Assembly: GCA_951406725.2 (NCBI GenBank) | Contig: OX597824.1 | Coordinates: forward strand, 52,266,001-52,330,000 | Direction: 5' to 3' | Origin: Octopus vulgaris | Lineage: Eukaryota | Length of the DNA: 64,000 nt | Part shown: positions 1-11,902 of the stretch, in pieces | Position numbering within the stretch: position 1 is the first letter of the stretch | Layout: each line of letters begins with the position of its first letter | The notes under the pieces: generated by a model | What the model saw: only the letters and a program-made list of their open reading frames with translations | Told to the model about the DNA's origin: nothing | Database searches by the model: none | Position numbers and translations under genes: made by a program

Positions 1-341
1 CCCCAGGAAATATTGGACCATTTGAATGAAAGATGTTCCACTGGAAAAGTAAATACAGGTCTATGTAAGCTTCAACCGCTGTAGTCACTCAGAACCACAG
101 ACAGTAGACAACAGACCTTTCAAATGAAATAAAATAAGATAGAATAATAATTATTATTATTATCATATCTAACATACTCAGCTTGCTGCAAGAAGTATCA
201 TTAAAATACCAGTTGTTTGTCTTCCGTGAAGATAGGTGGTACTTTTTTCAGGAATTTCGAAAAACTTCTTGCGCTGCCAAGTAATGCTGTTTTCTAGTTA
301 CACTATATTTTCCTTTTTATTCGTATAATACCTCCTGTAAA

Positions 342-731
342 GGCGCAGGAGTAGTTGTGAGGTAAGAAGTTTACTTTCCAACCACATAGTTTCTGGTTCA
401 ATCCCACTGTGTAGCATCTTGGGCAAGTGCCTTCTACTATAGCCTTGGGCCGACCAATGCCTTGTGTGTGGATTTGGTAGACAGAAACTGAAAGAATTTT
501 GTAGTGTGTGTGTGTGTATGCATATTTGTGTGCATGCTTGTTCCCCCACCATTGCTTGACAACCGATGTTGGTGTGTTTACGTGCCCGTAACATAGCAGT
601 TCGACAAAAGAACCGATAGAATAAGTACTAGGCTTACAAAGAAAAAGTCCTGGAATCGATTTGTTCGACTAAAGGCGGTGCTCAGGCATGGCCGCAGTTA
701 AATGACTGAAACAAGTAAAAGAATAAAAGAA
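342..731 (+). mobile_element. tRNA-derived SINE, local family A, near full length with internal (TG)n
   Basis: 5' head with B-box-like GGTTCAATCCC, core TTGGGCAAGTG...CTACTATAGCC...GGATTTGGTAGAC.GAAACTGAAAGAA, and tail GCATGGCCGCAG...TGACTGAAACAAGTAAAAGAA. The same blocks recur at 16090, 17590, 33063, 33558, 35865(-), 52064 and 55485. Confidence 0.8.
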
Positions 732-839
732 TAACCAATTTTTAATTATTTTGCTCACTGTACCTTTGGCACCAACAATTATTCGCACAATATACACTTC
801 TTTCATTGACCACAACTGTTTCATTTCTTTCCTCAGATA

Positions 840-840
<1 letters not shown>
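732..840 (-). mobile_element. RLE-type non-LTR retrotransposon C-terminal fragment
   Basis: Minus-strand peptide YLRKEMKQLWSMKEVYIVRIIVGAKGTVSK resembles the KYxxLxxE...W...IPIIVGALG end of R4/Dong-like proteins. Confidence 0.65.
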
Positions 841-878
<38 letters not shown>

Positions 879-954
879 GTCATCGTCATCGTCGTCATCA
901 TCGTCATCATTGTCGTCGTCGTTGTTGTCATTGTTGTTGTTGTTGTTGTCGTTG

Positions 955-1042
<88 letters not shown>

Positions 1043-1047
1043 CATCA
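841..1047. repeat. compound trinucleotide microsatellite (TCA)n-(TCG)n-(TTG)n-(TTA)n
   Basis: Directly visible. Confidence 0.95.
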
Positions 1048-1318
1048 TTTTCATATAGACACAACAGATTAGAGTATTGGAAAAAAATCCTAACATCGGG
1101 CTACAACCTTTGGCACCAAGAACCCTGTTAAGTATCCGAGCTGTACCCAATAACACTGTTTTCCTCTATCCATCTGTTCAGATCTTTAAGAATATGTCCC
1201 AATGCACCTATAACTATTGAAATACATTTTACCCGCACTTTCCATAGTTTCTGTAATTCAATGCTATTTTTCTATACTTCCCATATTGATTTTTTCATCA
1301 TTTGGGTCTGTAAAGTCA

Positions 1319-1320
<2 letters not shown>
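1048..1320 (-). mobile_element. RLE-type (R4/Dong-like) LINE 3' fragment
   Basis: LLGTARILNRVL terminal motif on the minus strand; (TTA)n on both sides. Confidence 0.7.
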
Positions 1321-1372
<52 letters not shown>

Positions 1373-2345
1373 TGAAGCAAACTCACAGCTGATTTTGCTG
1401 GGTATGACGGAAAGTGCCAGCTGTTCACAGCCAACAGACTAGAGTGACACTTGTTTATTGGTCATGCTTCAAGAATCCTGCGAAGAATTCTTGCAGTTCC
1501 AAACAATGCTGATTTTTGTAGGTTTTCTACCTTTGTATTTGTACCAATCCTTTTGCCCAATGTTGGCAGTTGAGTGCTGATACCTCCAAGTGCGCCAATT
1601 ACTATTGGTATCACGTCCACACTCCTCATTGACCACAACCTTCGTATATCCTATTTCAAATCGTCATAGTTATTTAGTTTTTATTCTTTCTCTTTGATCC
1701 TTTTGTCACCGGGACAAGCTAGATCGATTATTATGCACGTTCTTTTCTTTTTACCCACCACAACAATGTCCGATTTTCGAAGTATGGTCAGATGATCGCA
1801 ATGAATCATTGCATCACACAGGATTTTGTAATTTTCATTCTCAGTGACTCCTTCAGAGGTTTGCTCATATCACGTCTTAGCTCTTCGTAGGGCGTGATTT
1901 CCGTAGCTTCCAGTGGCTCATTCTTGCCACATTGCATGACGTCTTTTGTATTTGCGCTATGCCAATTTTGGGCATTCGGTAACGATGAGCCATACCGTTT
2001 CGCCCCTCTCACCACACATTCTGCATTTGTTGCTGTTGGTAGAGTTGTTGATTCTGCACTTCACATAGTCCTTAACGCTTGTTCTTAAACTGCGCATATA
2101 AGTGCTTCTGTCTCAATCTTCAAGTCACTTCTCTTCATCCATCCATAGCCACCGGTCTTCTGTATCTGTCTTGGCGTTTGTATCTCTTGCAAACTGATCG
2201 TACATTTTTTCCTTCCATGTTGTTCTTTTTCTGTGTTCTGTTCCTCTTTAAGTTTTCCTTTCTTTACACAATCATCAGTTTTCATGACGACAGTCTTCTT
2301 CACATGTTTCAACAATGGTTCCACGATATTTTTTACATACTACCC
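1373..2345 (-). mobile_element. RLE-type (R4/Dong-like) LINE 3' fragment, family D
   Basis: GWMKRSDLKIETEALICA, CCHC zinc-knuckle region and RLE remnants; related to 40130-40808. Confidence 0.8.
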
Positions 2346-2434
2346 TAAGCTGTTTTTTTTCTGCTTCGATACAATATTGATTATCAACAATGGTTCTACG
2401 GTATTTTTACATACCACCGATAGCTGTTTTCCTG

Positions 2435-2860
2435 CGCATGACCTTACAGGTGGGACCTCGCATGATCTTGCAGGTGGGAACCAGCTAGAATTTTCTTCAG
2501 GTGGAGTAGCCCATCCTGCTCAAAAGGCCCCTGAATAAGGGTTGTTTAAGGATGTTGAACGAACCACCCATGTTTCCAAAGGTGAATTATCCAAACCTCC
2601 AAGAATTCCTTTCAACACACGGCTATGATGCTCCCCCACTACTTCTGCTCATGATCAGAGATGCACGTATCATCAGCCACTAAGGGACATTCGCAACTGG
2701 TTAAGGTCAAACAATTGACATGCAAATCTGTGGTAGTGATCAGAATATTTGCTGTAGCCCATCTTTTATACCATGACAAAGCAATGTACATGATAACACT
2801 CCCAGTCAGTTAAGATCAGAAGTCATGAGGGCCACTGTCTGGTTCTGCATTAGAGCATTT
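2435..2860 (-). mobile_element. unclassified (AAT)n-associated interspersed repeat, second copy at 25683-26137
   Basis: Reverse complement aligns by eye over about 330 nt with 25683-25985; abuts (ATT)n at 2861. Confidence 0.7.
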
Positions 2861-3028
<168 letters not shown>

Positions 3029-3029
3029 C

Positions 3030-3515
3030 TTAATGTGAGTAGTGAGTTACTACCTGTAACCTTAGGTATCCACAAGTTATCAGTAATCTTTCAAGTTCTT
3101 TGAACCCTCCTGATATTCCTTGATTTTCTTAAGAGACAAACGTCCTGTAGGAGCTCTACAAGGCATTCTATTCCATTTTCCTTCAGCCATTTGTCGATTA
3201 CCAACGCACCAATTATAATAGGCACTATTTTGACAGTTCTTATACTCCAAATTCATCCTATTTTAAAGGATTGTATTTTTCCTTTCGTCTTCTTTCTTTT
3301 CAATCCTGGAATGAAACCGGTATGATCGGTCAATTAGTAATCAACTTCGCTTTTCCATTATTGTTACGTCCGGTTTATTATATTCTAAATTCTTGTCCGT
3401 CTCAGAAGGAAAGACCCACAAAACTTACATTTTTCCGACTCCAGTACTCGATGGTTGCACCATGTGTTTCCAGCTTCAAATCCGTTTCTGGCACAGTTTT
3501 CAGTGTAAACAAAAC
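3030..3515 (-). mobile_element. RLE-type LINE 3' fragment, family E
   Basis: Reverse complement matches 47810-48300 (AAACTGTGCCAGAAA...GATTTGAAGCTGGAAACAC...CTGGAGTCGGA; 3' UTR AAGGTTACAGGTAGTAAC). Confidence 0.75.
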
Positions 3516-4756
3516 GTTTAGAGTAGAGTTTTATTCGTTGTGCTTTGCAGAGATGGTAAGAGAAGTTTCGAATGAGCATTCAATTGGTCTGAATTTGTAG
3601 ACTTTTTCATTAGCTGTGCTTTAGATTGTTTAAAACATATCTGTTTTACACAGACTGTGAAGAAAGTTCTTGATGAAGCTGAGACAACAAAGTGCAAAAT
3701 TGGTAATTCAATAGCTTTATATGAAGAGAATTGTGGCACTCAAATCATAGTTTACCTTTCTCATAAAGATATTTCTCCCATCCTACTTGAAAGTTAGTGA
3801 GTGAGGATATTTAATAAGGGATCAGACACCTATATATGAGGGATATTGCTGGTTTAGTACTACTTTAATGGAAATAAAAGCACCGCTAAATTGATGATAA
3901 TTACGAGGCAATACTGGAACTTGCAAGATATTTGACGACAAATGTCACCAGAAGAAAATAGTAAACAATTTTAAAAGGATTACTTTCCTATTATGCCTGT
4001 ATAGTGTAACCACAGACTCAATTTTACTGTCTTATATTTTAAGCAAACAAGATGAGATATGAAGGATATTTAGTTGCCATTTAAAGTAGGTCAACCGCTA
4101 GTTTGCTATGTTTTAGCCGATCTTCTAGGATTGTAGGCAAGTACAAAACAGTTGGCTCATAAGGATATGTAGTCAGAAAGCTACTTCAGTCTTGAGTTAT
4201 TGATGACGGAAGGGGTAATGACCTATAAGCATGACAAACTAGAATAATTCGTGTTATACTGGAATTTGAAAAACCTAGAATAATTATTTTTTATACTGAA
4301 ATTTGAAAATCATCAGTGCAAGTAAGGGAACATAAATATCAGTATAAGTGATATAAAAAAATTTTACTATGCTCTTAATTTCTATTCTCTTGCACTCTGA
4401 CTGTGCATATCCGCACAAAAGCATGATTTGGAGCCCCAGATTTCACGAATTAATTCGGTCACAATTCTCGTCGCTGTCCTGGTTGATGACAGTCACTTCC
4501 ATTTCTGTAATGACGGACTTAGTTTTACCGATTACATTAGGGATAAAATTTCAAATGTCTTGGTTCTGGCGCGCTAAGAAATTCCTGAAGCGAAGGGCTG
4601 CAGTGAATAATTCACTGCGGTTAGTGCTTACCACTAGGGAACGTATTTATTTCAATATTTAAATAATGAGGGAGATAAATTAATATTAATTTTAATATCA
4701 ATTTAAAACCAGTAGTCCAGCATACAAAAAATCTGAGAAGTCAGAGAAAATTCTAA

Positions 4757-4794
<38 letters not shown>

Positions 4795-4795
<1 letters not shown>

Positions 4796-5770
4796 TCATC
4801 CCATTTATAATGCGTTTTTTTTTATACTTCCTTTAATTTTCAGACTCAAGATAAACGAAGTTCTTTTTTAATCTAAAATATACTCTCCTCCATTTTCCAC
4901 AATGCTCTTCCATCTATCTGGTAGATTTGCAAGGTCCCTCTTCCAAACTTCACTTGGCAGTGACGAAAAGTACTCCTCCAGTACTGTTTTGACCTCGTCT
5001 ACAGAATTCATATTCTTTATATCCAAATGATTTACAAGACTGCAGAGTAAAGTGACCAAGCATTGTCCTGATGGAAAAACGCCTACCGTCTTGAAACCAA
5101 AGATGGTCGTTTTCCTTCTAGCGCTGGCTTAAGCCGCTCAAGCTGCTCGCAGTAGATCTCCTTTGTTATCTTTTGGCTTGGGTTTAAAAGTTCAAAGTGG
5201 AACATATCATATCCTACAAAACAGATAACAACACCTTACTTGGGTGAAGACCTTCTTTAGCCTGAGGTGCCGGTGTTTTTCCTTTCCCTACACACTGTCT
5301 TTGGCGTTTGACATATTTTATAGAGAATTCGTTTCTCGTCACCAGTCACTATCCCGGTTTAAAAGAGGTTCATTCGCGAGACGTGATAGCAAAGAAGAGC
5401 AGACATCCACTCTCTGCGCGCGGTTAGACTCGGAAAGTTTGTAAGGAACCCATTGACCCAATTTGCAGACATTTCCGATGGCATGCAGATGTCGATGAAT
5501 GGTTGAATGACCAAATCCAAGCTTCTCTGCTAGTTCCTCAACAGTTGCATCGAGATTTTGTTCCACCAGGGTTTGCAGGACGTCCTCGACGACTTCTACA
5601 GATCGTCTAGGCCAAGGCGCGTGTTCCAGGGTATAGTTTCCGGCTCGGAATTTCTGGAACCACGGTTGACACTGGCTTACGCTTAGTGTCCTACCCCAAT
5701 ATTTAATATTCCTCGCACTTTCCGTTGCGCTGTAGCAGTTTCTTATATATTTCATTTTTAAAAGCATATA
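4795..5770 (-). mobile_element. decayed mariner transposase pseudogene
   Basis: ORF 5339-5767 has HTH-region WFQKFRAGN...TVEELAEKLG and GQWVPYKLSE (WVPHEL-like); ORF 4868-5059 has the LPDRWKSIVENGGEYI C-terminus; frameshifts and deletions between them. Confidence 0.85.
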
Positions 5771-6545
5771 CTTTCAACTACTAATAATAATTTCCACCAT
5801 TAGCATGTGCCCAAACAAGCGAGAGATGGGAAAAAGTCGTTGATTAGATGTGCAGAGGAGGACGGTGACATGCGACTATAGAACCAGTCTGCTTCATGTA
5901 GCTTCTTTCTGTTATTATTAGCTGGTTTCAGTTTGTTGACAATGGGGAAGCCTCCATGGTTCTGAGATTGCCTCTATTGCGTTGAATGGCCTTGATGGAC
6001 ACCTTGAAATCCTGGGTCTGGCACTTCTGTAGGTCTGCGTTTTTTATCAAAATGTCTGCGCGCTTATGTTTCTTGCAATAACTAATAGAAAAAAAATACA
6101 TGAAGCAGACTGGTTACTATAGCAACACCAATCTACACTCATCAACTTTTTCCCTGCACATCCGAATAACTTTTTCCATCCCTCACCTGTTTCAACGTCC
6201 AGAAGAAAAGGGGTCATAAACTCGAAAGATAGAAATACGAGGTAAAACTCCAACTTTGTTTTCTGTTCTCATTGTAGTTTACTTTATATTTCACCTCGCT
6301 TTGTTCCGGCCTTCCACAACAAGTTTATGTAATGTAACACCACACAATGCTTCACCATAACTCCTCCAGTTTAACCATTACATGTTTTTTAGCGCTCTTC
6401 TCCACACCGCCACCAAGGAATCAAGAGCAAACTTGAGTCCGTAAGATCTGAACTCATAATGTAAAGAGATAACAGAATATCACATGGAGCTATGATGATA
6501 TCCCATCAGTGCGGTTACTGACTATGCTGTAACTGACTATGATTG

Positions 6546-6765
<220 letters not shown>

Positions 6766-7656
6766 TCTAAAAAATTCAGTTTACAACCAATCAGAATTGA
6801 TTTATTGATGTCGGCTTGTATGAACTGTGAGTCAGATGACAAACTGATAAGGATGGAAAAAGCATTAAATATATTTGTATATAAAATGAGGATAGGCGTT
6901 GTTTCATAGTACTAACTCTTAATCGGAAAGAGAGTTCTTATACACATGAATTGTTGCAGTGTCATAGTCATCGTTACTATAATATAAATACACAAGCAAC
7001 AGTATTTTATTCAAATTCATATTAACCTTCAAAACGTATTTACATAATATGTTCAATTGTAAGATTTTGACTAAGTAAAGATAATAATTTAATACTGAAA
7101 AAAATCTGATTGTTTATGGTAATATTCTTGCGTGCCTAGTTTGGTCGAATTATCCTACATGTTGAAGAAATCTTCAATAATGTCTCTTGAACTGGATAAG
7201 GTACTAACCCACCAATCAGAATTGCTATATCCCATCTCACATATTTTAATACGATGCATCTACTCATTCGCATTTCTTGTTAAATCACTATCTTCTTCCC
7301 CTTTCTCTTCGACTCTCTCTCTCTCTCTTTCTCCCTCTCTTCATCCAGTGATCTACAGGTCCCAATGACTGTAATTAAGAACACTTAAGATATTTATTAT
7401 AAGTAATCTTATTATTCATCCTACTTCCATTATAGTAAGTATCTTTCCCCTAAATTCTTCACAACATCCTTCTCTTCCAAAGCCAACTTTCAAACTTCTA
7501 GCTCCCTGTCCTTTTCAGCTTTTCCATATCTCTGTTGGGAGCTTAATGGAAATATTTTTGTGATAGTATCCTAGAGAAAAAAGTGAAGTGTTTGGCCAGC
7601 CTTCACCCACCCCCACAAACACAGACACACACACACACACATGTATGAATATGTAT

Positions 7657-7702
<46 letters not shown>

Positions 7703-7712
<10 letters not shown>

Positions 7713-7903
7713 ATTTGAGCACGGTCATGTTGCCAATTTAGCCAATGAAAATATGCGCGCTATATATTCAGTGTTCACTTGTTTCAGCTTTATTTCATAT
7801 TAATTGTATGAAATAAAGCTGAAGCAAGTGAACACCGAATATATAATGCGCGTATTTTCATTGGCTAAATTGGCAACATGACCATCTCCAAATACAACAA
7901 TAT
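7703..7903. repeat. foldback inverted repeat with about 97-bp arms next to (TA)n
   Basis: 7703-7799 is the near-exact reverse complement of 7807-7903. Confidence 0.9.
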
Positions 7904-7976
7904 CTGTTTCAACACACGAGTTCACATCAAGAATCTAGTAAAACGAATACCTAAACGTATGTATGTGTGTGTGTGT

Positions 7977-8015
<39 letters not shown>

Positions 8016-8253
8016 TAGAGAGAGTGAGAGAGAGAAAGAGACAGACAAACAGACGCCTACATATACATATATTAGGTAAGAACAGTGTTACATTTGTTGA
8101 AATATTCTCTCTTTCTATGCATGTATAAAAAAAGTGCACCTTTCTAATTAACACTGACTGAAGAGGAAATCGCGTCTATTTTTCCGCTTGTTTTGTTGAA
8201 TTTCCGCTTGTTGTGTTCTTTTTGTCCTATCTTGATTTATATATATATATATA

Positions 8254-8570
8254 TCAGCGGTTGGGAGGCAGTTGCCGGCAACCGTGGTGATTGGCGACGT
8301 ACCGTAAAAGAGGGAATACAAAGGAGTGACAGAGAGAGAGAGAGAGGAGAAATGGAAAGACAAGAAAAGACGTCAACAAGAAACTATGGCATTACAACCA
8401 GCCAGGAACAGTCTTCGCTACATTTGCGGTACCTGCCGGAGGGAGTGTTTGTCCAGGATAGGACTACACAGCCACAGCAGGAAATGTATCAGGACATGAA
8501 ATGTAAAAGCCGGACTAGACTATTTTATGCGCAACTCCATTGTCTCCCGAGACAAAAAGGATGCCAACAA
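8254..8570 (+). mobile_element. RTE-clade LINE 3' end
   Basis: WEAVAGNRGDWRRTVKEG, then in a shifted frame YICGTCRRECLSRIGLHSHSRKC, the C-terminal zinc finger typical of RTE/BovB-like elements; flanked by (TA)n. Confidence 0.8.
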
Positions 8571-9012
8571 TATATATATATATTTGTTTTTCTATATGAG
8601 TGTGTATGTACCCACGAAAACCCAGACACTCTCTCTCTCAGTCTCACTCTCTCTCTCACTCTCTCTCTTTCTCTCACTCTCTCTCTTTCTCTCTCTCTCT
8701 AGCACACACACTTATGATGATTTGCATATTTATTCTGGCATATTCGATCATTGAATATGCTAATCACTGCTGTTTTTCAATAGAAAAACTTGTGTTCATA
8801 ATATCAGCAGAATAATATGTGTTCATAATACAATCGATTTATGACCCCAAGGGGCTCTGGAACAGCCGATGTTTCAATATATTTGTGTCTCAGCAGCTAG
8901 AAACACTCTCAAACTAATCTGACGAGACCCGAAACAATGATCAACAAACAGTTTGTCCTCTAAAATTATAAACAAAAGCCTTAACTTATCAATTCGAGTT
9001 GTTCACAGAGAG

Positions 9013-9055
<43 letters not shown>

Positions 9056-9352
9056 GAGAAAGAGAAAGCGATAAACAGATATGTTCACCCACACATCTAG
9101 AATAGAACACATCATGAGTGTGTGTATGCGAATGTGTGTGGATGAAGGGTGTATCTAAGTGATTTGGCTTTTGAGGTCACTGTCAAAGGTGATGGGTTCG
9201 ATTCCTTGGCTGTGTTCTTAAATATGGCATCCTCATTATTCCACGGGCTGAAGCATGGAGAACTTAGAGGGTGCTCATGTCTACTTGTAACTATATAGGC
9301 ACCTAAATATATTAGTAAGAGTATAGTATGTGCTACCAAACCATGTGAACCA

Positions 9353-9602
9353 AGTGATCAGGATGTTGCACTCACGATCGCTAGATCGTAGGTTCGAATC
9401 CCAGACCGGGCGGCGCGTTGCGTTCTTGAGATGACACTTCAATTAACGTTGCTCTCCACTCGCTTTTGATTAAGGTGGAGTGTTAGCATGCTCGCCTACT
9501 CAGCGGGATGACTTAATTTGAAGGCTAAACAATGCAAAGCACATTGTGGCCAGTGATGTGTAACAACATCTGATAGTCTACTCTGTTACGTGATCACGTG
9601 AT
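9353..9602 (+). mobile_element. degenerate tRNA-derived SINE
   Basis: B box GGTTCGAATCCC followed by a CORE/Meta-like TTGCGTTCTTGAG..GACACTT segment. Confidence 0.5.
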
Positions 9603-9736
9603 ATACATCAGTATATGTGCATTTATTTAAGTAAGCATGCATGTACACGCATATATGTATGCACGCAGGTATGTTTACAAGAATATAATTTGTGTTCATA
9701 TAAAGTAAGTTATGTTTATATTTTGTAAATATTTAA

Positions 9737-9925
9737 GGCGACAAGTTGGCAGAATCGTTAGCAGGCCAGGCAAAATGCTTAGCGGCATTTCGTTTGTTCT
9801 TACGTTCTGAGTTCAAATTTCGTCGACGTCAACTTAGTCTTTCACCATTTCGGGTTCGATAAAATATGTTGCAGTTGTGCACTTACCCGAACTTGCTGGC
9901 CTTGTGCCAAAATTTAAAATCAATA
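9737..9925 (+). mobile_element. SINE, local family B
   Basis: GGCAGAATCGTTAGC...AAATGCTTAGCGGCATTTCG...TTCTGAGTTCAAAT...GCCTTGTGCCAAAATTT; related copies at 31095(-), 34430, 34775, 39745, 48360(-), 49250 and 62810(-). Confidence 0.75.
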
Positions 9926-11089
9926 TTTAGTAAATCTATCAAATTCATTGTTCGGTTCACACCTGTATTGGGGTGGATGTGAAACCCATTTTCTTCAGTT
10001 GACGAGAATCCAAGATAGACTTTTTCACTCAGCTTAGTGCCAACTAATGCGACATCAATGATGAGTTGACATTTGCTTCTAGCATTAATACTGCCTAATA
10101 AAACAGATTCTCGCTTTTTTTTGCTTTTTTTTTTTGTAATTTATAACTTATCCCAGTACTCTAATACCAAATACAGAACGCAAAACATTCTACTTCCATA
10201 GTTCTTTTTTAATTGAATAACATTTATCTTACATCATTTATCGTTGAAGAAAGGCCATATTCGAAACGTTAAAATTCACATTACTACCACATCATACAAC
10301 TTTATTCATATGAGTCAATGAGAGAGAGTCCCTTGTGACGAAACCTTCAGAATCTGCAAGAAACAGAAGTCAAATCTTCCTTAGTATTTTGTATCTATAT
10401 GTGTGTCAAAATATACAGACTTTGTTCGCATTAATTTTTAAAATAATTAATAATTTCATAAAATAACTTTATCATTATTAAAATAGCATTTCAAACATGA
10501 ATTAACCTGAAATTTTTATTGAAATTTTTAATTATGATTACTTTCAGTAAGAAGTTTTATAATAAACCCAGGGGCTGTCTGTTGCGGGCTGGTATCAAAA
10601 TGTTTCAGCCACCTTGTCAAAAGGACAAACACATTAGAGAATATATAGTTTTAAACAAGTCGTTGATTAGATCGTGGAAATAAACAACCTCAGATTCCTC
10701 AATTATATTTTCTGATTATTCTGACGTAAACCATTACATTTCTCTGACACTGATTATTATTTACTGTTTTATACAAAATCCATCAATACATCAAAGCACA
10801 TTAAACAACTTTTTCATTGCAAATAACGTTCTGCGACATTAATGTACATTTATTGCAAAGAACTCTTTTTATACATATAAATGTATTTGTACTGCTATGG
10901 ATATCATATTATAGATCTATAAGATATGATTTTATCAGTGTTTAAAAGCATTTTTAATGGACAGCAACTATATTTAAACACACAATTTACGACTTCCGTT
11001 TAGGATAAAAAGCAAAATGAGATAAATGATTAAAATATATGCACCTTTCTAATTAATATGCATTGTACATACACCGTTACAGTGGCAAC

Positions 11090-11197
11090 CATGCATGCAT
11101 GCATACATACATACATACATACATACATACATACATACATACATACATGCATACATACATACCTACATACATACATACATACATACATACATACATA
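11090..11197. repeat. (CATA)n microsatellite
   Basis: Directly visible; lies at the 5' flank of the following LINE. Confidence 0.95.
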
Positions 11198-11854
11198 ACT
11201 CGAAGCAACAAGACGCGTATTTGGCGTAGGAGACTATTTATCGAAAATACGATGAATACTATCTCCAACTTTGGAGCCACAACTATCAGCCTTGTTAGAT
11301 AACTGATTAATCTTCAGATGAATTGACTGAGGGTAGCTTCTATTCGTAGTGATTTGCGACTTGAATTTAGCATGCAGAGAGTTACTACAAACAACATGGC
11401 TAGACACAACATCAACAACAACACAATCGAGGAACAAAACGAAAACAACAGCTCAACAGGTAAACAAATTTTTTCTAGCAGTAGTTATAGAAGAAATCGT
11501 AACAACAAAACTCATTACTCTTGGAGTTATGAACTGAATAGGGATCTATTTAACCGTTACTAAAAAGTGAAGTAAATCCCCGCTGCGAAGCAACTACGTC
11601 AACATTTGTAGAACATAAAAAGAAGGTTAGTAACTGTAACTTTATTAAGAAATCGAAAATTAACCTTCTTCCCAACTCTATAAACAAAAATGGAAACGTG
11701 AATGATATAGGACCTTCACGTGGTTTCGCATCTAGCGACATTCCAACAGATTCCATAATACCTGCCAGCCAAACTACGTTACTAGCGAAAGTAACTGACC
11801 ACTGTTCCCATACTACAACTATGTTAAATAGCAGGCACAACCGCACCGATTATT

Positions 11855-11902
<48 letters not shown>

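Noticed and set aside
669-1156. Poly-N/I/L/Y/H ORFs here and similar ORFs at 6490-6808, 35460-35955, 48730-49020 and 57299-57931
   Set aside because: They are translations of microsatellites with no coding signal.
3271-3600. Plus-strand ORF as a host exon
   Set aside because: It is mostly the antisense of a family E LINE fragment.
5770-6480. Possible RTE-like fragment on the minus strand
   Set aside because: Only faint peptide resemblance; not supportable by eye.
10245-10280. Hammerhead-like TTGAAGA...GAAACGTT
   Set aside because: Stem II does not pair and the core is incomplete.
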